The notes under the pieces are model-generated. The model was not told where the DNA came from. It searched no databases and worked only from the letters and a program-made list of their open reading frames with translations. This document shows positions 36,750 through 50,526 of a stretch of DNA of 64,000 nt, in pieces (position 1 is the first letter of the stretch; each line of letters begins with the position of its first letter). A program made the position numbers and the translations under genes. This stretch comes from Malacoraja senta (Eukaryota). Where the stretch lies: positions 7,006,001 through 7,070,000 of the forward strand of contig CM075991.1 in assembly GCA_038087875.1 (NCBI GenBank), read 5' to 3'.

Positions 36750-38550
36750 AATTAAACTAAACTGCACACAATACTCCAAATGCAGCCTGATCTAAAGTCC
36801 TATAAAATTACAAATGACTTCCCAACTTATGCCCAGCGCCCAAGCGGATGAAGGCAAGCATACTGTACTCAGTATATGTGGTAACGTATTCCCACACTGC
36901 TGAGAGAAAGGGTTCCAAGGTTTTCACTCAACTTCAATGGAGAAATGGTACAGCTCATTCAGGGTGGGGAATGTAGCTGATGTTGCTATGTGCCCTCTTT
37001 TCTTGTCTGTCTAAGTGGTGAAAATAGTAGGATGAAGAGTTTTGTCAGATAAAGTTCTGGCAGATGACACCAGTGTCGATGGAATACACAATGGACAGTA
37101 GAGGAAGAAGTGAAAAGTGCTGATTAAACAGAATAATTAAAGTTGACTGTCCCATCTGATGAATTTCATTCATGATAGATTTTGATTGTCTCAAATGGAA
37201 ATTGAAAAGTTAATTGTCCTGTTGAATTGGGATGCTGATTAATATTCTCCATCTGACCCTCTTGTCAGTTATAGTACCATGTTGTATTCTCCTCAAAAAT
37301 TTCTGCAAATAAATCTTGCAGTTCTATTAACGAGTATTAATGCTCTGGTAACGAGAGTTGTGCCCTGCATTAACTTCCTAACGCAGCACGGTGGCATAGT
37401 GGTAGAGCTACTGTCTTATAGTGCCAGAGACCCGGGTTTGATCTTGACTACGGGTGCTTGTCTGTACAGAGTTTGTACGTTCTCCCCGTGACCTGCGTGG
37501 GTTTTCTCTGAGATCTTCGGTTTCCTCCCACTCTCCAAAGTCGTACAGGTTTGTAGGTTAATTGGCTTGCAATAAATGTAACTCGGTATAAGTATAAGTT
37601 ATATAGTGTGTGCAGGATAGTGTTAATGTGCAGGGATTGCTGGTCGGAAGGGTCTTTTTCCATGCTGTATCTCTAAACTAAATTAAACTAATGGTGGTAA
37701 AAAGTATCCTGAAAATTTCCATTAACATTATAAACTGATGCTAAATTTAAATGAAACCCCATGTGGAGATATTAAACTGAGGCAAGAAGTGTTTTTTTTT
37801 AATGAAGAAAAGCAAGACTTTTGTTTTATTTGGTATTAGAGTCATAGTCATACAGCATGGAAACAGGCCCTTCAGCCCAACTTGTCCACACCGACCATCA
37901 TGTCCTACCTACACTAGTTCCACTTGCCTGCATTTAGCCCATATTCCTCTGAACCTGTCCTATCCATGTACCTGTCTGAATGTTTCTTAAACGTTGTGAT
38001 AGAAACCACCTCCACGACCTCCTCCGGCATCTCGTTTCATACCCCCACAGCCCTTTGTGTGAATATTATGTGAGTATTCTTCACAAACTTGGAGTTTCCC
38101 TTTTTCCAAGTTAAATATTTAATCGCAACGAAGTTCATGTAAAATGCTGTTACTAATGTAATGTAGGAATATACGAAACAGGGATTGCTGGTCGGTGCAG
38201 ACTCGGTGGGTCGAAGGGCCTATTTCCGCACTGTATCTTTAAACCAAACTAATCTTTTAAATCCGCTTGTTAGACCAGTTCATGCCTTGACTTAAGGTCT
38301 TCCTCAATGTTGCATGTAGTATCCAGCTGGATTATGAAGAGGCCTCTGGAGTTGAGATTCAATTCACAGAATTCTGAATCGGAAGCATGTGAGTTAACAT
38401 TGGACTGATAAAAGCTCCCGTGACACCATTCAAATGTTGGTGCTGCTTAACCAGAACTGCAATAAACAGTCAATTAACTCACTGTACGGCCAAAGGAGCT
38501 GTAGCATTTTCCCATAGCACATAAAGGTAATTAATAATTAACTAGTAATT

Positions 38551-38867
38551 AGGGCGGCAAAGTGGTGTAGCGGTAGAGTTGCTGCCTTACAGCGCCAGAG
38601 ATCCAAGTTCGACGCTGACTACGGGTACTTGTCTGTACGGAATTTGTACGTTCTCTCCATGACCTGCGTGGGTTTTCTCTGGGTGCTCTGGTTTCCTCCC
38701 ACGCTCCAAAGATGTACGTTTGTAGGCTAATTGGCTTGATATAATTGTAAATTGTAAATTCCCTAGTGTGTGTAGGATGGTGTTTGTGTGCTGGGATCGC
38801 TGGTCGGCGCGGACTCGGTGGACCGAAAGGCCTGTTTCCGTGCTGTATTTCTAAACTAAACTAAAAT
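38551..38867 (+). mobile_element. tRNA-derived V-domain SINE (HE1-like)
   Basis: Full-length copy ending (CTAAA)n. Confidence 0.88.
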
Positions 38868-41014
38868 AGAATGAGAAATAATTCTCTGGTTACTTTTTCT
38901 GCTTGCAGTCCTCTGTTTTCTTTTTACCTATCGGCCCCTTCCCTCTCTTCTTTGTTATACGTCTGTGGGGGTCAGCCTGCACAATTTTGATCTATAAACT
39001 GAATAGAAAGTGCTGTAATCTGTGCATAGAAATCCAGGTATATTCCTGTATATAGAGCTGCTACCTCACAGCGCCGGAGATCTGGCTTCAATCCTGACCC
39101 CGGGTGCTGTCTGTGTGGAGTTTGCACGTTCTCCCCCTGACCGTGTGGGTTCCCACCGGGTGCTCCGGTTTCCACCCACATCACAAAAACGTGCAGGTTT
39201 GTAGCTTTATTGGCTGCTGTAAATTTCCCCAAGTGTGTAGGGAGTGGATGAGAAAGTGGGATATCATGGAACTAGTATGAATGGGTGATTGTGAGCTGAA
39301 GGGTTCCCTGCTCTCTCTCTAAACTACACTAAATATCAGCACCAGAATACATATGGCTCGTTACATACACTGCCAATATAATTTGAAGGCTGGTTTAAGC
39401 AGTACTCTGTTGCTTTGGCAGCAAAGGAGTTAATGACCAGCAACTCGAGGCATGAAGAAGTGATTCAGAGACACGAGTTCAAACGCTATCATGTCACCTG
39501 GGGAATTTACACTCAGGTAATTAAAAACGGGAATGTAAATGCAGAATCAGAAATAGTAACCTTGAAACTACGAGCTGTTGGTGAAATCCATCTGCTTCTC
39601 TAATGTCCTTTAGGGAAGAAAATATCACATCCTTAACAGGTCTGACATTTACATCATTCCACACTCCAAACGATATTGGCTAACGGCTCAATGGAATGGC
39701 TTGGCAAGGGCAATTGAGGATGGACATGGATGTCCATCGCTTGATTAGTGAAAATGATATTGCTTAGATCCAGAATCCTACCGATTATAAAATATTACGC
39801 TTCCCTTTCTCAAAAAACTCGCCGTTAACGTTCACCGGTTCCAAGAGTCTGTGCTATTGTGGCCCAAAACCGAGCGAGTCTGCATGTTTATAGAATCTTA
39901 CGACACAGAAACGGGCCCTTCGGCCCAACATGCCCACGCCGACCAACATGCCCCATCTGCACTCGTCCCACCTGCCTGCTTTTGGCCCATATCCCTCCAA
40001 ACCTGTTCTATCATGTACCTGTCTAAATGTTTCTTAAACGCTGCGATAGAACCTGCCTTAAATACCTCCTCTGGCAGCTTGTTCCATACACCCACCACTC
40101 TTCATGTAAAAACAAAGTTACTCATCAGGTTCCCATTAAATCTTTCCTCCCTTACCTTAAACCTCTGTCCTCTGCTTCACGATTCCCCTTGCTCTCGGCA
40201 TTTACCTGATCTATTCCTCTCATGATTTTGTGCACTGCTATAAGATCGCACTTCATCCTCCGGTGCTCTAATGAAGAACGCCCTAAAAGTTAATGTTATA
40301 TTTAGTCTATGATGCCCTTATACGTGACCTTATTTCTACAGCGTTTGGTGTCTTAGCTGCACTAGGATACAAAATGAAAACCTGACCTGATCCCAATGGA
40401 CCCGAGGCTATTTGAAGCCAATCCAAGCTTGAGCACTCAAAGTTTGTCCTGTACCTGACCCGACCAATGTTTTAGTGTGTGAGAAGGAACTGCAGATGTT
40501 AGTTTAAATCGAAAGGTTTGAAGAAGGGTCTCGACCCGAAACATCACCCATTCCTTCTCTCCAGAGATGCTGCCTGTCCCGTTGAGTTACTCCAGCTTTA
40601 TGTGTCTATCTCCTGATGTTTTGTGTATTAAACATGTAATTGATACATTTAAGGAGGGGGGGGGGGGAGGTCAAATATTGTTTAAGAACAGAATAAAAGG
40701 ATGTACATTAAAAAATGACATACCTTTAGAAGGGAGATGGGGAAGAATTCCGTTTGCCAGAGGGCGATGAATCTGTGGAATTAATTGCCACAGACAGCTG
40801 CTGAGGCCAAGTGTTTGGATATTTTTGAAATGGAGGCAGGAACTGCAGATGCTGGTTTACACCAAAGGTAGACACAAAAAATACTGTGAGTAACTCAGCG
40901 GGTCAGGCAGCATACCTGGAGAAAAGGAACAGTTGATGTTTTGGGTCAAAACCCTTCTTCAGACTTCAGATTTTGTTTCTATGTTTAAAGTGAATATTGA
41001 CAGGTTCTTGATTA

Positions 41015-41240
41015 AGGGCCTGTCCACTTTCACGACCTAATTCACGACCTCTGCCGAGTTTTCCCTTGATTCATACTCGCAGCATGGTCGTCATGAGGTC
41101 GTAGGATGTCGTAGGTAGGTAGTGATGCTAGTCGTAGGTACTCGTGGCATATAGTAGGTTGGGGCGTTTTTCTAGCCTGATGAAAAATGTCCACGAGTAA
41201 CAAAGGTCGTGAATTAGGTCTTGAAAGTGGGACAGGCCCT
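41015..41240. mobile_element. PIF/Harbinger-type MITE (copy 2)
   Basis: TIR AGGGCCTGTCC(C)ACTTTCA / TGAAAGTGGGACAGGCCCT; TSD TTA; interrupts the CR1 sequence TTCTTGA-TTA-GTAAGGG. Confidence 0.88.
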
Positions 41241-42825
41241 TTAGTAAGGGTGTCAAAGGTTACAGGGAGAAGGCAGGAGAATGGAGTTGAGAGGGAAAGA
41301 TTGATCAACCATTGTTGAGTGGCAGAGTAGAATCGATGGGCCGAATGGTCTAATTTTGTCATGCGATTTATGAACATGACATATGCAGCTGTAACATCAT
41401 GAGCTGGAACATGTATCTGATTTATTCTGGTCCTTATTATATCCAGTACAGATAGCCAGGCTGTTCTACTGTTCCTTCCATAAAGCTGGCCAGAAATCAA
41501 GTGGGATTTCTACATGGTTCTTCAGTATCCATTCAACATGAAGTTCAGCTCTTGCTTTTAATTGCAATGGGTATGTTTTATAACCATCACCTGAAATGCA
41601 CAGATTCATTGTACAAAATCACTTGGACCTAGCATAAATCAATCACGTTGCTGCTTTTGGACAGAACCAGCAGTGGGTCTCACTTTGTGTTGAAACATTA
41701 GAAAAGTCCTCGTCTCAATTAAACGTCACATGGTCGAAGAGTTGGCCTTCCCCATGTGAGTTCAAAACTAAAACTAAAAACTAAGCTTCTGCGCAAGAAA
41801 CCTAGCTCCAAACACGCCCTAGAATACGTCATAAATCCCACCCACATAAGAACGGGCAGTCAAAAATTTAAAGACACATGCCATAATTAATGACACACAA
41901 AACAAGCCAAATGGCCACTACAAATACTGCTCACATGGTTAATGTAAGATTGCACGATTTTTGACTGAAACTGCCTCAAGGGTTAAGTCTAGCGGTGATG
42001 ATTTGTTACTATATTGACCATTGTAATCGACTGCAAAAATGTGACTGGGCGTGGATTGAAGTGCATAATCAAAGACACATTTTTGTATGCAAATTGCTAC
42101 TTGTAGTATAACATTTATCTTCAGTTAGTGATTGTGACATCCAAGCATTGTAATTTTGAAAATGCCACATTTGTCACTTGCCTGCTGAATTGTTTCCATG
42201 CGGTTCAGATGAAGGGATCTGAACATCTTGTTTTCAAATCACCAAGAGGAAAATTCCAATTCTTTATTTAATTGCTGTCAACAAAACGTGCTCTGATTTC
42301 AGAATATTCTGGTTTAAGGTTTGAACTATTGACTCGTCGTCCAACGCATAATTATGGCCCTGCATCAAATGCTGTCGACAGTCACCTGTAACTCGCTTAA
42401 AAAGAAACAGCGAACAAACTTCATCCATCAAAGTTGGAATATATTGAATTTTTTCAACTAAGGATCAAATACAAGGGTGAGGCTAAACCTTAAAATGGAT
42501 TGCAAGCAAGACGGTGGAACTGAATGGGCCACTACATCATAGCGATAAGCTATCAAAAACAAGATTGGCTGGCAAAGGAGTCATTGCTAGTTCTTCCTAA
42601 TCTCCTGACATTTTGAGCAATGGCACAATTGAGGTAAATCCTGGACACCAATCTTCCAAAGCAATTGTTTGGCATTCTTTGGCTTCAGATGAAAAGGGAG
42701 GTGTCACCGGCTGGGATTTTTGCAATTTGGTGCCAGGCAAAGAAGAGGATGATTTCTTCATTATTTTGATTCCTGAAGTCTTTCTTGAGTTGTCTTAACC
42801 CTACCTTTGCTGCAGGTAGCATTGC

Positions 42826-43448
42826 AGTAACCCCTTGTTTTTACGGGCTTCTTTACAATGGATTTTGGTTATAGTGGATGGACCTACCCACCTTCGCCAC
42901 CAAGCCGGCTATCGAGGCCACCCCTGTCCGGCATCGCCCGCATTCCCCAGCCGCTTTCAGGCCAGGCCCACCCCACATTCACACCAGGCTGCCCACACTG
43001 GCCCGCGCTGCCTCCCTGGCCAACTGGTGTCACAGCCGGCCCACGCAGCTTCCTCGGCCACCTCCAGGCCCCGCCTGCCACCGCCACTGCCGACCCTTTA
43101 TCTGCACTCCGACAACCCACGGGCCGCGACCAATGACTCAGTCGATCCTCGCCTCTCCCCCCTTTTGCCGCCAGCAGGCCGGGGCTGTCAACTCACCTGG
43201 ATTCCAGACCGACAGTCTGAAGAAGGCTCTCGACATGGAACGTCACGTATCCATGTTCTCCACACCTGCCTGACTTGTTTACTCCAATCTCTTTGTGTCC
43301 TTTTGTGCATTAACCAGCATATGCAGTTGTTCATTTCTTCTACTTATACAATGATAATCCCTTGCTCAATTATAGTGGACAATCGGCAATAATGGTCACC
43401 AGTCCCCCCCCCCCCCCACATGGTCTGTTATATCGAGGGTTTACTATA
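42826..43448. mobile_element. Tigger/pogo-like MITE with GC-rich and Penelope insertions
   Basis: Ends CAGTAACCCCTTGTTTTACGG … CTGTTATATCGAGGGTTTACTA; the internal TTATAGTGGACAATCGG motif is shared with ~15180-15605. Confidence 0.45.
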
Positions 43449-44910
43449 TTGTTTAGTATCAAGAAAGGCTACAGGCTGAGTTAAAAAATAAATAATAAGC
43501 CATGAATGGTTAAGTACTGGATCTGTAAATTTATAATAGCACACAAACAGCCCCGTTGGCTCACAGTATCTGTGTCAAACACAATGCCATGACCATCTAA
43601 CTACCTACACATAACCCATATCCTTCCATTACCTGCATATCCATGTGTCCATACAAAAGTATTTTAAATGTCACTAACATATCTGCTTCAATCACCATCT
43701 CTGGCAGCATGTTCCAGGCACTCACCACCCTCTGTGTTGAAACAAAACTTGTCCCAAACATCCCCTTTAAACTTTGCCCCTCTCATCTTCATGCTTGGCA
43801 CTCTAGTCTTTGATTTTCCTATCAATCTTTGGATCTTGGCTTCTTTGTAAATCACACTTTGTTGTTAAGCTTCTTTGTGAGTAAATTGGAATGAGAACAT
43901 TGATGATTCAGTCACACCCCAAGAACAGATAGGCTTTATGAATATTTGGACAGTTTGTGATAGGGAGTGTTATTGCTGATGGAACAAGAAAAATAAATCT
44001 CTCGCAAGCTGGATTCCATCCAAATCGCAGATTAGTCAGAATGAAAAATCTGCTGCCTCAGGAAATAGTTGCCGTAAGATGCCTTGCAAGCTTTAATGAG
44101 AAAACATTGCGTACTTAGAGAAAAGGGATGCAAGAGATTGACTGAAAGATGGTAGAGAAGGAAAAGAGGAGAATAAACATCAGTATGCATGATGTGTAGA
44201 GTGGAACTGCAGATGCTGGTTTACACCAAAGATAAACACAAAATGCTGGAGTAACTCAGCGGGTCAGGCAGAGTTACTCCAGCAATTTGTGTCTTTCTTC
44301 GGTGTAAACCAGCATCTGCAGTTCCATCCTACAACTCGTGCATCCTGACGAGAGGCAGAAAATGCTGCAGTAACTTGTGTCTATCAGCAGTTTGCACGAG
44401 TTGGCCCAAATAAGCTTTTTTCCATGTTTTATGTTTTATCCAATTCGATGCAAAAAAATGTCCTGGCGTTCCCCGTGCGGGATGGTTTTTCATGAACAGG
44501 TCAAAATAATCTCCATCTGTCGATTTAGACTGACGTTTATTTCCCTGGTCAGTTCATTATGTTTTTCTTCTGGATGTTTGGCCTGCTGGATTATTCACAA
44601 CTTTGCTTTTTTTTTTCCACCAGAGATCAAAGTCCAATTTTGTAGAACATGTTTTCCAGCAAAATAATGATTGCAACCAAAGAGGTCATGAGTTGGTTGT
44701 ATTTGTTCCAAACATAAGATTCTTAATTTAAAATTTAAATTGTTTGGTTATTTTGGCAAGGTGGGATTTTACACCTTGTTTGCTTTGATAATTACGATAT
44801 GCTACTCTCTGGAAGTTTACATAGGAGTACATAGAATCTTTCTCACAAGCGATTTAACCACTTCATCCTTGTAACATATATATAACTCACATGAGCTCCT
44901 CTCATTTCGT

Positions 44911-45223
44911 GGTTTAGTTTTAGTTGAGAGATACAGCGAGGAAACAGGCCTTTCGGCCCACCTAGACTGCACAGACCAACGATCCCCGCACATTAACATT
45001 GTCCAACACACACTGGGGATAATTAACATTTATACCAAGCCAATTAACCTACAAACCTGTACGTCTTTAGAGTGTGGGAGGAAACCGAAGATCTTGCCGA
45101 AAAGTCACGGGGAGAACGCACAAACTCCGTACAGACAGCACCCATAGTCAGGATCGAACCTGGGTCTCTGGCATTGTAAGCGCTGTAAGGCAGCAACTCT
45201 ACCGCTGCGCCACCGCACCGCCC
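44911..45223 (-). mobile_element. tRNA-derived V-domain SINE (HE1-like)
   Basis: Reverse complement of the family pattern. Confidence 0.88.
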
Positions 45224-45569
45224 TTTCGACCTTAACTTGACCTTTCATCACATCTTTCTATTCCCTTTCCACATACACCCCTTTAGTTCTCTTTAAACGT
45301 ATTTAAAGTCCCTCAATCAGTCCCTATGCTTGAGAGCTGAATTTTCAAATCTCTGAGTAAAAAATTTTCCCTTGAGTATATTTATGACCTCTGGTTATGC
45401 AAGCTTACAATGGTAATATTATATAAGCAACCCAAACGGAATCTGAGGTCCTATTCCTCCAGTTTGCCTGTGGCCTCACTTAGACTTGGCCATTCCAAGT
45501 TATGTTATATTCTACCCTATTATAATTACCAGGTAAATAATGAAGGCAAATGATAGTTGAGCCAAACTA

Positions 45570-45965
45570 CAGACACTCTCCAACTTACGCAGAAGGTGAC
45601 TTAATAAACACACTACTGTACTCAGTCTCCAGTGCAATCAAGGCGGTTTGTAATTTCCACAATACTGTACGATCACTCAGGTTTACATGGGAAACAAGGT
45701 GGCAGTGCTTACCCAGAAGGCCACACGCTGCAGAAAGTGCCCCTACGGCGAGACGGAACTCAAGCCGGCAATGGCGACAGTGCTTACCCAGAAGGCCACG
45801 GGCAGCAGAAACTGCCCTGGATGCAGCCGGATGCTGCTGTGCCAGTTAATACCCTCAGTGCGTTATTTCGGGCAGGGGATGGGGATGGCGATTCCGACTG
45901 GCGTAAAATTTGACTTACGTAAGGGTTCACAGAACGTAACCCTTGCGTAAGTAGGGGAGTGCTTG
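45570..45965. mobile_element. Tigger-like (Tc1/mariner superfamily) MITE
   Basis: TA|CAGACACTCTCCAACTTACG … CGTAAGTAGGGGAGTGCTTG|TA; internal direct repeat CAGTGCTTACCCAGAAGGCCAC x2. Confidence 0.65.
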
Positions 45966-46043
45966 TACATAGCCTGTAAGGAATGGGACTGCATCATAGG
46001 CATGGTGGCACAGCTGTAGAGTTACTGCCTTACAGCGCAAGAG

Positions 46044-47747
46044 TCAGGCAGGGTTGCCCTCTCTCTCCTGTCTTGTTCGTCTGTTGTATTGAACCTTTTG
46101 CTGAGTCCATCAGGAAGGACGTGAGCATAAGAGGAGTGACATTGCCAGGCAGTGGGGGCATTCGTCAAAACCTCCCTGAACATGGACGATGTCGCCGTCT
46201 TCTGCTCGGATCCAGGGGCGGTCCGCAGATTGATCAGCATCTGCGACCAGTTTGAGTCGGCCACGGGAGCCAGGGTGAACCGCAGGAACAGTGAGGCCAT
46301 GCTCTTTGGCAACTGGCCCGACCAATCTTCCGTCCCCTTCACCATCAAGCCTGACTTCTTGAAGGTGCTGGGGATCTGGTTCGGGGGGCAAGAATTGGCT
46401 GGAGCGGATAGCCAAGGTGGGGAAGATGCTGGAGCTCTGGAAGCAACGCTCCCTCTCCATAACGGGGAAAAATTTGGTCATCAGGTGTGAGGTGCTCTCG
46501 GGGCTGCTGTACTTGGCGCAAGTGTGGCCTGTCCCTCCCTCCTACGCCACAGGGATCACCCGGGCCGTCTTCCAGTTCATCTGGGGGTCGAGGATAGACC
46601 GGGTGCGATGGGCCACAATGCACAAGTCGGCAGACAAAGGGGGTAAAAGCGTGCCCAACGTCGCCCTCACCCTGATGGCCACCTTTGTGTGTGGCTGCAT
46701 CAGGCGGAGCACAGAGCCAAGGCACGTGGGCACCAAGTGTCACCACCTGCTGAGGTTCTACCTGTCCCCGGTATTGCGAAGGATGGGCCTGGCGCAGATG
46801 CCACGCAATGTGCCAGTCAGCTAGACATTGCTGCCTCATCTGTCGTTTATGGAAATGTTCTTCCGGACCAACATCTTTGACCACAAGTCCATCGGGCAGT
46901 GGTCAGCACGGAATGTCCTGCAGGCACTGCAGGAAAGGACTCGATGGATCCGGTGGCGTGGTTCCCAGAGCAGATTGCCCAGCTTGTCTGGCAAAATGCC
47001 TCATTGCCAGAACTCACCAACAAGCACAAAGACCTGGCTTGGCAGGCGGTGAGGGGAGCCCTCCCAGTCAGATCCTTCCTGCACCGTTGGAACCTCACTA
47101 CCAGCGCACGCTGCCCTCGGGACGGCTGCTATGGAGAGGAGACGGTTGCCCACCTCTTTGCAGAGTGTGGATTTGCAAAGAGAGTCTGGAGAGATCTGCA
47201 AGGGTCCCTGTCACGTTTTATTCCAAACAGCTCCGTCACAGAGGACTCTGTGATTTACGGACTGTTCCCAGGGACGCATTCAGAGACGGACATCGAGTGC
47301 TGCTGGAAGGTCATCAACTCGGTGAAAGACACTCTTTGGTCTGCTCGGGTGTTGTTCACCACCCAGCGGAGCGAGATGTCCGTCGGGGAATGTAGTCGAC
47401 TGGCCCGCTGCAGACTGCAGGAGTACGTGCTGAGGGACGCACTGAAGCTCGGTGCAGCCAACGCCAAGGCTCGGTGGGGGAGGACCACAGTCTAGGGTCC
47501 TTCCGCTGCTGGACATGGGGGGCAGGGTGTGGTGGGGACGCCCCTCAAAATAAGGGAAGGGATCCCATGCCAGTGGGCCACATGAGTGGCAAGGGTGGGG
47601 GTTAAATTTGTAAAATTTGAGCAATGTATGTAGACTGTATTGAATAATTTGTATAGCCTTCGAAAATGTCGGATGAATTTGTTGCACGGCTCATGTATTG
47701 TATATATTTATTACCTGAATAAAGTCTATTTTGACATTTTAAAAAAA
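46044..47747 (+). mobile_element. 5'-truncated Tx1-clade LINE (RT C-terminal half plus Zn-finger), nested in a SINE
   Basis: VRQGCPLSP, MDD, LKVLGIWF and CPRDGC..EETVAHLFAEC with frameshifts; AATAAA 47718-23 plus A tail; TSD GCAAGAG at 46037-43 and 47748-54. Confidence 0.9.
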
Positions 47748-48620
47748 GCAAGAGACCCAGGTTCAATCCTGACTACGGGTGCTGTCTGTACGGAGTTTGT
47801 ACGTTCTCCCCGTGACCCACGTGAGTTTTCTCTGGGTGCTTAGGTTTCCTCCCGACGACATGTTTGTAGGCTAATTGTCTTGGGTAAAATTGTAAATTGT
47901 CCTTAGTGTGTGTAGGATAGTGTTAGTGTGCGGGGATAGCTGGTCAGCGTGGAATTGGTGGGCCGAAGGGCCTGTGTCCATGATGTATCCCTAAACTAAA
48001 ACAATATGGTTGTGACTAAATTCTTGTGGAGTTCTCAAGACTTTTTAAAAATCCATTTACATCTGCTTCATTATTAATTTCCTGTTTAGATAATCTATTT
48101 CTGCTTCAATTCAATTTTATTTTGTACATTCAACTTGAATTAACCTTAATTTTCTCACTCGCACTTTGTTTGCTCAGTCAGGAAATTTCAGGGTGAAATG
48201 AATATGTCATGTTTTATATGTGAAAAGAAAACACATAAAACACATGGGGAAAAACAGTCGGACGTTACTGGCGTCTAGTTCCAACTGGAACATTTGTTAT
48301 ATGTTTAAGGCAATGGTTGCCATTTTGAAAGGTGTGTCTTTGCTTTAGACTTTAGAGATACTGTATGGAAAAGGGCCCTTCGGTCCACTGAGTCCTTGCC
48401 GACCAGCGATCACCCCGTGCACTAACACTACCCTATACAACTAGGGACAATTTACAAGTTACAGAAGCCAATTAACCTACAAACCCGTATGTCTTTCGAG
48501 TGTGGGAGAAAACCCAAGTGGTCGCGGGGTACAAAACTCCATACAGACAGCACCTGTAGTCAGGATCGAACCCAGGTCTCTGGCACTGTCCCCTCCCCCA
48601 CCACCTTACTCTGTATTCCC

Positions 48621-48947
48621 TTTAGTTTAGTTTAATTTAGAGATACAGCCAGGAAACAGGCCCTTCAGCCCACCGAGTCCGCACCGACCAGCAATCCCTG
48701 CACATTAACACTATCCTATACACACCTATCCAGGGACAATTTACATTTATACCAAGGCAATTAACCTACAAACCTGTACATCTTTGGAGTGTGGGAGAAA
48801 ACCGAAGATCTCGGAATAAACCTACGCAGGTCGTGGGGAGAATGTACAAACTCCGTACAGACAGCGCCCGTAGTCGGGATCGAACCCGGGTCTCGAGTGC
48901 TGCAAGCGTTGTAAGGCAGCAACTCTACCGCTGCTCCACCGTGCCGC
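48621..48947 (-). mobile_element. tRNA-derived V-domain SINE (HE1-like)
   Basis: Reverse complement of the family pattern. Confidence 0.88.
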
Positions 48948-49467
48948 CAGTCTCCTGAAGACTTTGACAACCCATATTTATTCATGATCTGTTTTGGGAA
49001 ACGAATGCTACTCAAAATGTGAGGACATGAGCAGGCTGAATTCATAATGCATCATATTGCCATTTCAATCCCTTAACTTTGTGATCAGTCAACTGTTTAT
49101 CTCGGCACTGTATTCATCGACTGTCAGGATGAAAATACATCACTGTTTTGTGATTCTATCATACTTATTGATATTGCTACCACCAACACAAATTTTATGG
49201 GACTTGAAATTGCACTGTGTGGCTATTAATAATCGAATGTTTCATACATTTGGCTGAAATTCCTGACTCTGCCAGCAAATGGAGGCATTAGACTGTTCGC
49301 ATTCATTTGAAGGTCGTTGTTATTCATGCAATTTTTGCAAAAACCTCAAAGTAAGACTGAGGGGATTGACCTGATGTGGTTTTAAAAACAAACAGGAGCT
49401 TGTCACTTTGCTCATAAGCGAAGGACAAAAGTCTCCGAAGTCTCAGTCATCCAGTTAGTTACTGATC

Positions 49468-49810
49468 TAAGATAGACACAAAAAGCTGGAGTAACTCAGC
49501 GGGACAGGCAGCATCTCTGGAGAGAAGGAATGGGTGACGTTTCGTGTCGAGACCCTTCTTCAGACTAGTTAGAAATAAGGGAAACGAGAGATATAGACAA
49601 TGATGTAGAGAGATAAAGAACAATGAATGAAAAATATGCGATGATAAAGGAGACAGGCCATTGTTAGCTGTTTGTTGGGTGAAAACGAGATGCTGGTGTG
49701 ACTTGGGTGGGGGAGGGATAGAAAGAGAGGGAATGCTGGGGTTAGAGAAATCAATATTCATACCACTGGGCTGTAAGCTGCCCAAGCGAAATATGAGATG
49801 CTGTTCCCCC
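49468..49810 (-). mobile_element. Penelope-like element 3' end: GIY-YIG C-terminus plus pLTR with hammerhead core (49536-49563)
   Basis: EQHLIFRLGSLQPSGMNIDFSN is contiguous with the CTGAAGAAGGGTCTCGACACGAAACGTC repeat. Confidence 0.82.
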
Positions 49811-50526
49811 AAACGTACTGATCTACCTGCGCAAGTTCATGGCCCTTTCATCTAAACGTGCTACCCCAATTCTGAAGTTGTAACTGAAGCTTTGTAGATT
49901 GTCCGCAAACCAGCAAAATCTGAGAAGAAAACATTCATCTCAATTACCATTAAGCACAGTTAATTCACTAAGGATAAATGCAAGGAAATTGGTGATGCTT
50001 GCTAAAGTTAAGAAGGGGTCTTGAATTTTTATTGATCCTTTTTCAACAAAGCATTTTCCAAAACAATGAAACACATTTGGAGTTGCAATTAAAATGTGAG
50101 GAATATTGTGTTGTCTATTTTTATGCATTTCATGTGAAATTCATTGCCGCAGAAGGCTGTGGAGACCGTCAATGGACATTTTTAAGGCGGAGATTGAGAG
50201 ATTCTTGATTAGTACTGGTGTCAGGGGTTATGGGCAGAAGGCAGTTACATGGGGTTGAGAGGGGAAGACAGATCAGCCATGATTGAATGGTGGCTTAGAC
50301 ATGATGGACCAAATGGCCTAATTTTACTTCGGAGTCACGTGAGTGACTACGTGAAAGACCCCGCCAGGACGCATGCGTGTCATATCGCTACACGCATTGC
50401 GAAACAGTCACACGGGTGGAACGACGTTCCCCCTCAGCGGCAAAATTCAAAAGCCGGGAACTGCAGGTAAGTGATACTCTGCGTTCTTTTTTTGTTCTAC
50501 ATACTGTTTTACAGGTGTAGACTCCA

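Noticed and set aside
9410-50321. Two inverted DIRS copies as a recombinase-invertible 41-kb cassette
   Set aside because: They are independent insertions of different families and ages, and there is no junction evidence of rearrangement.
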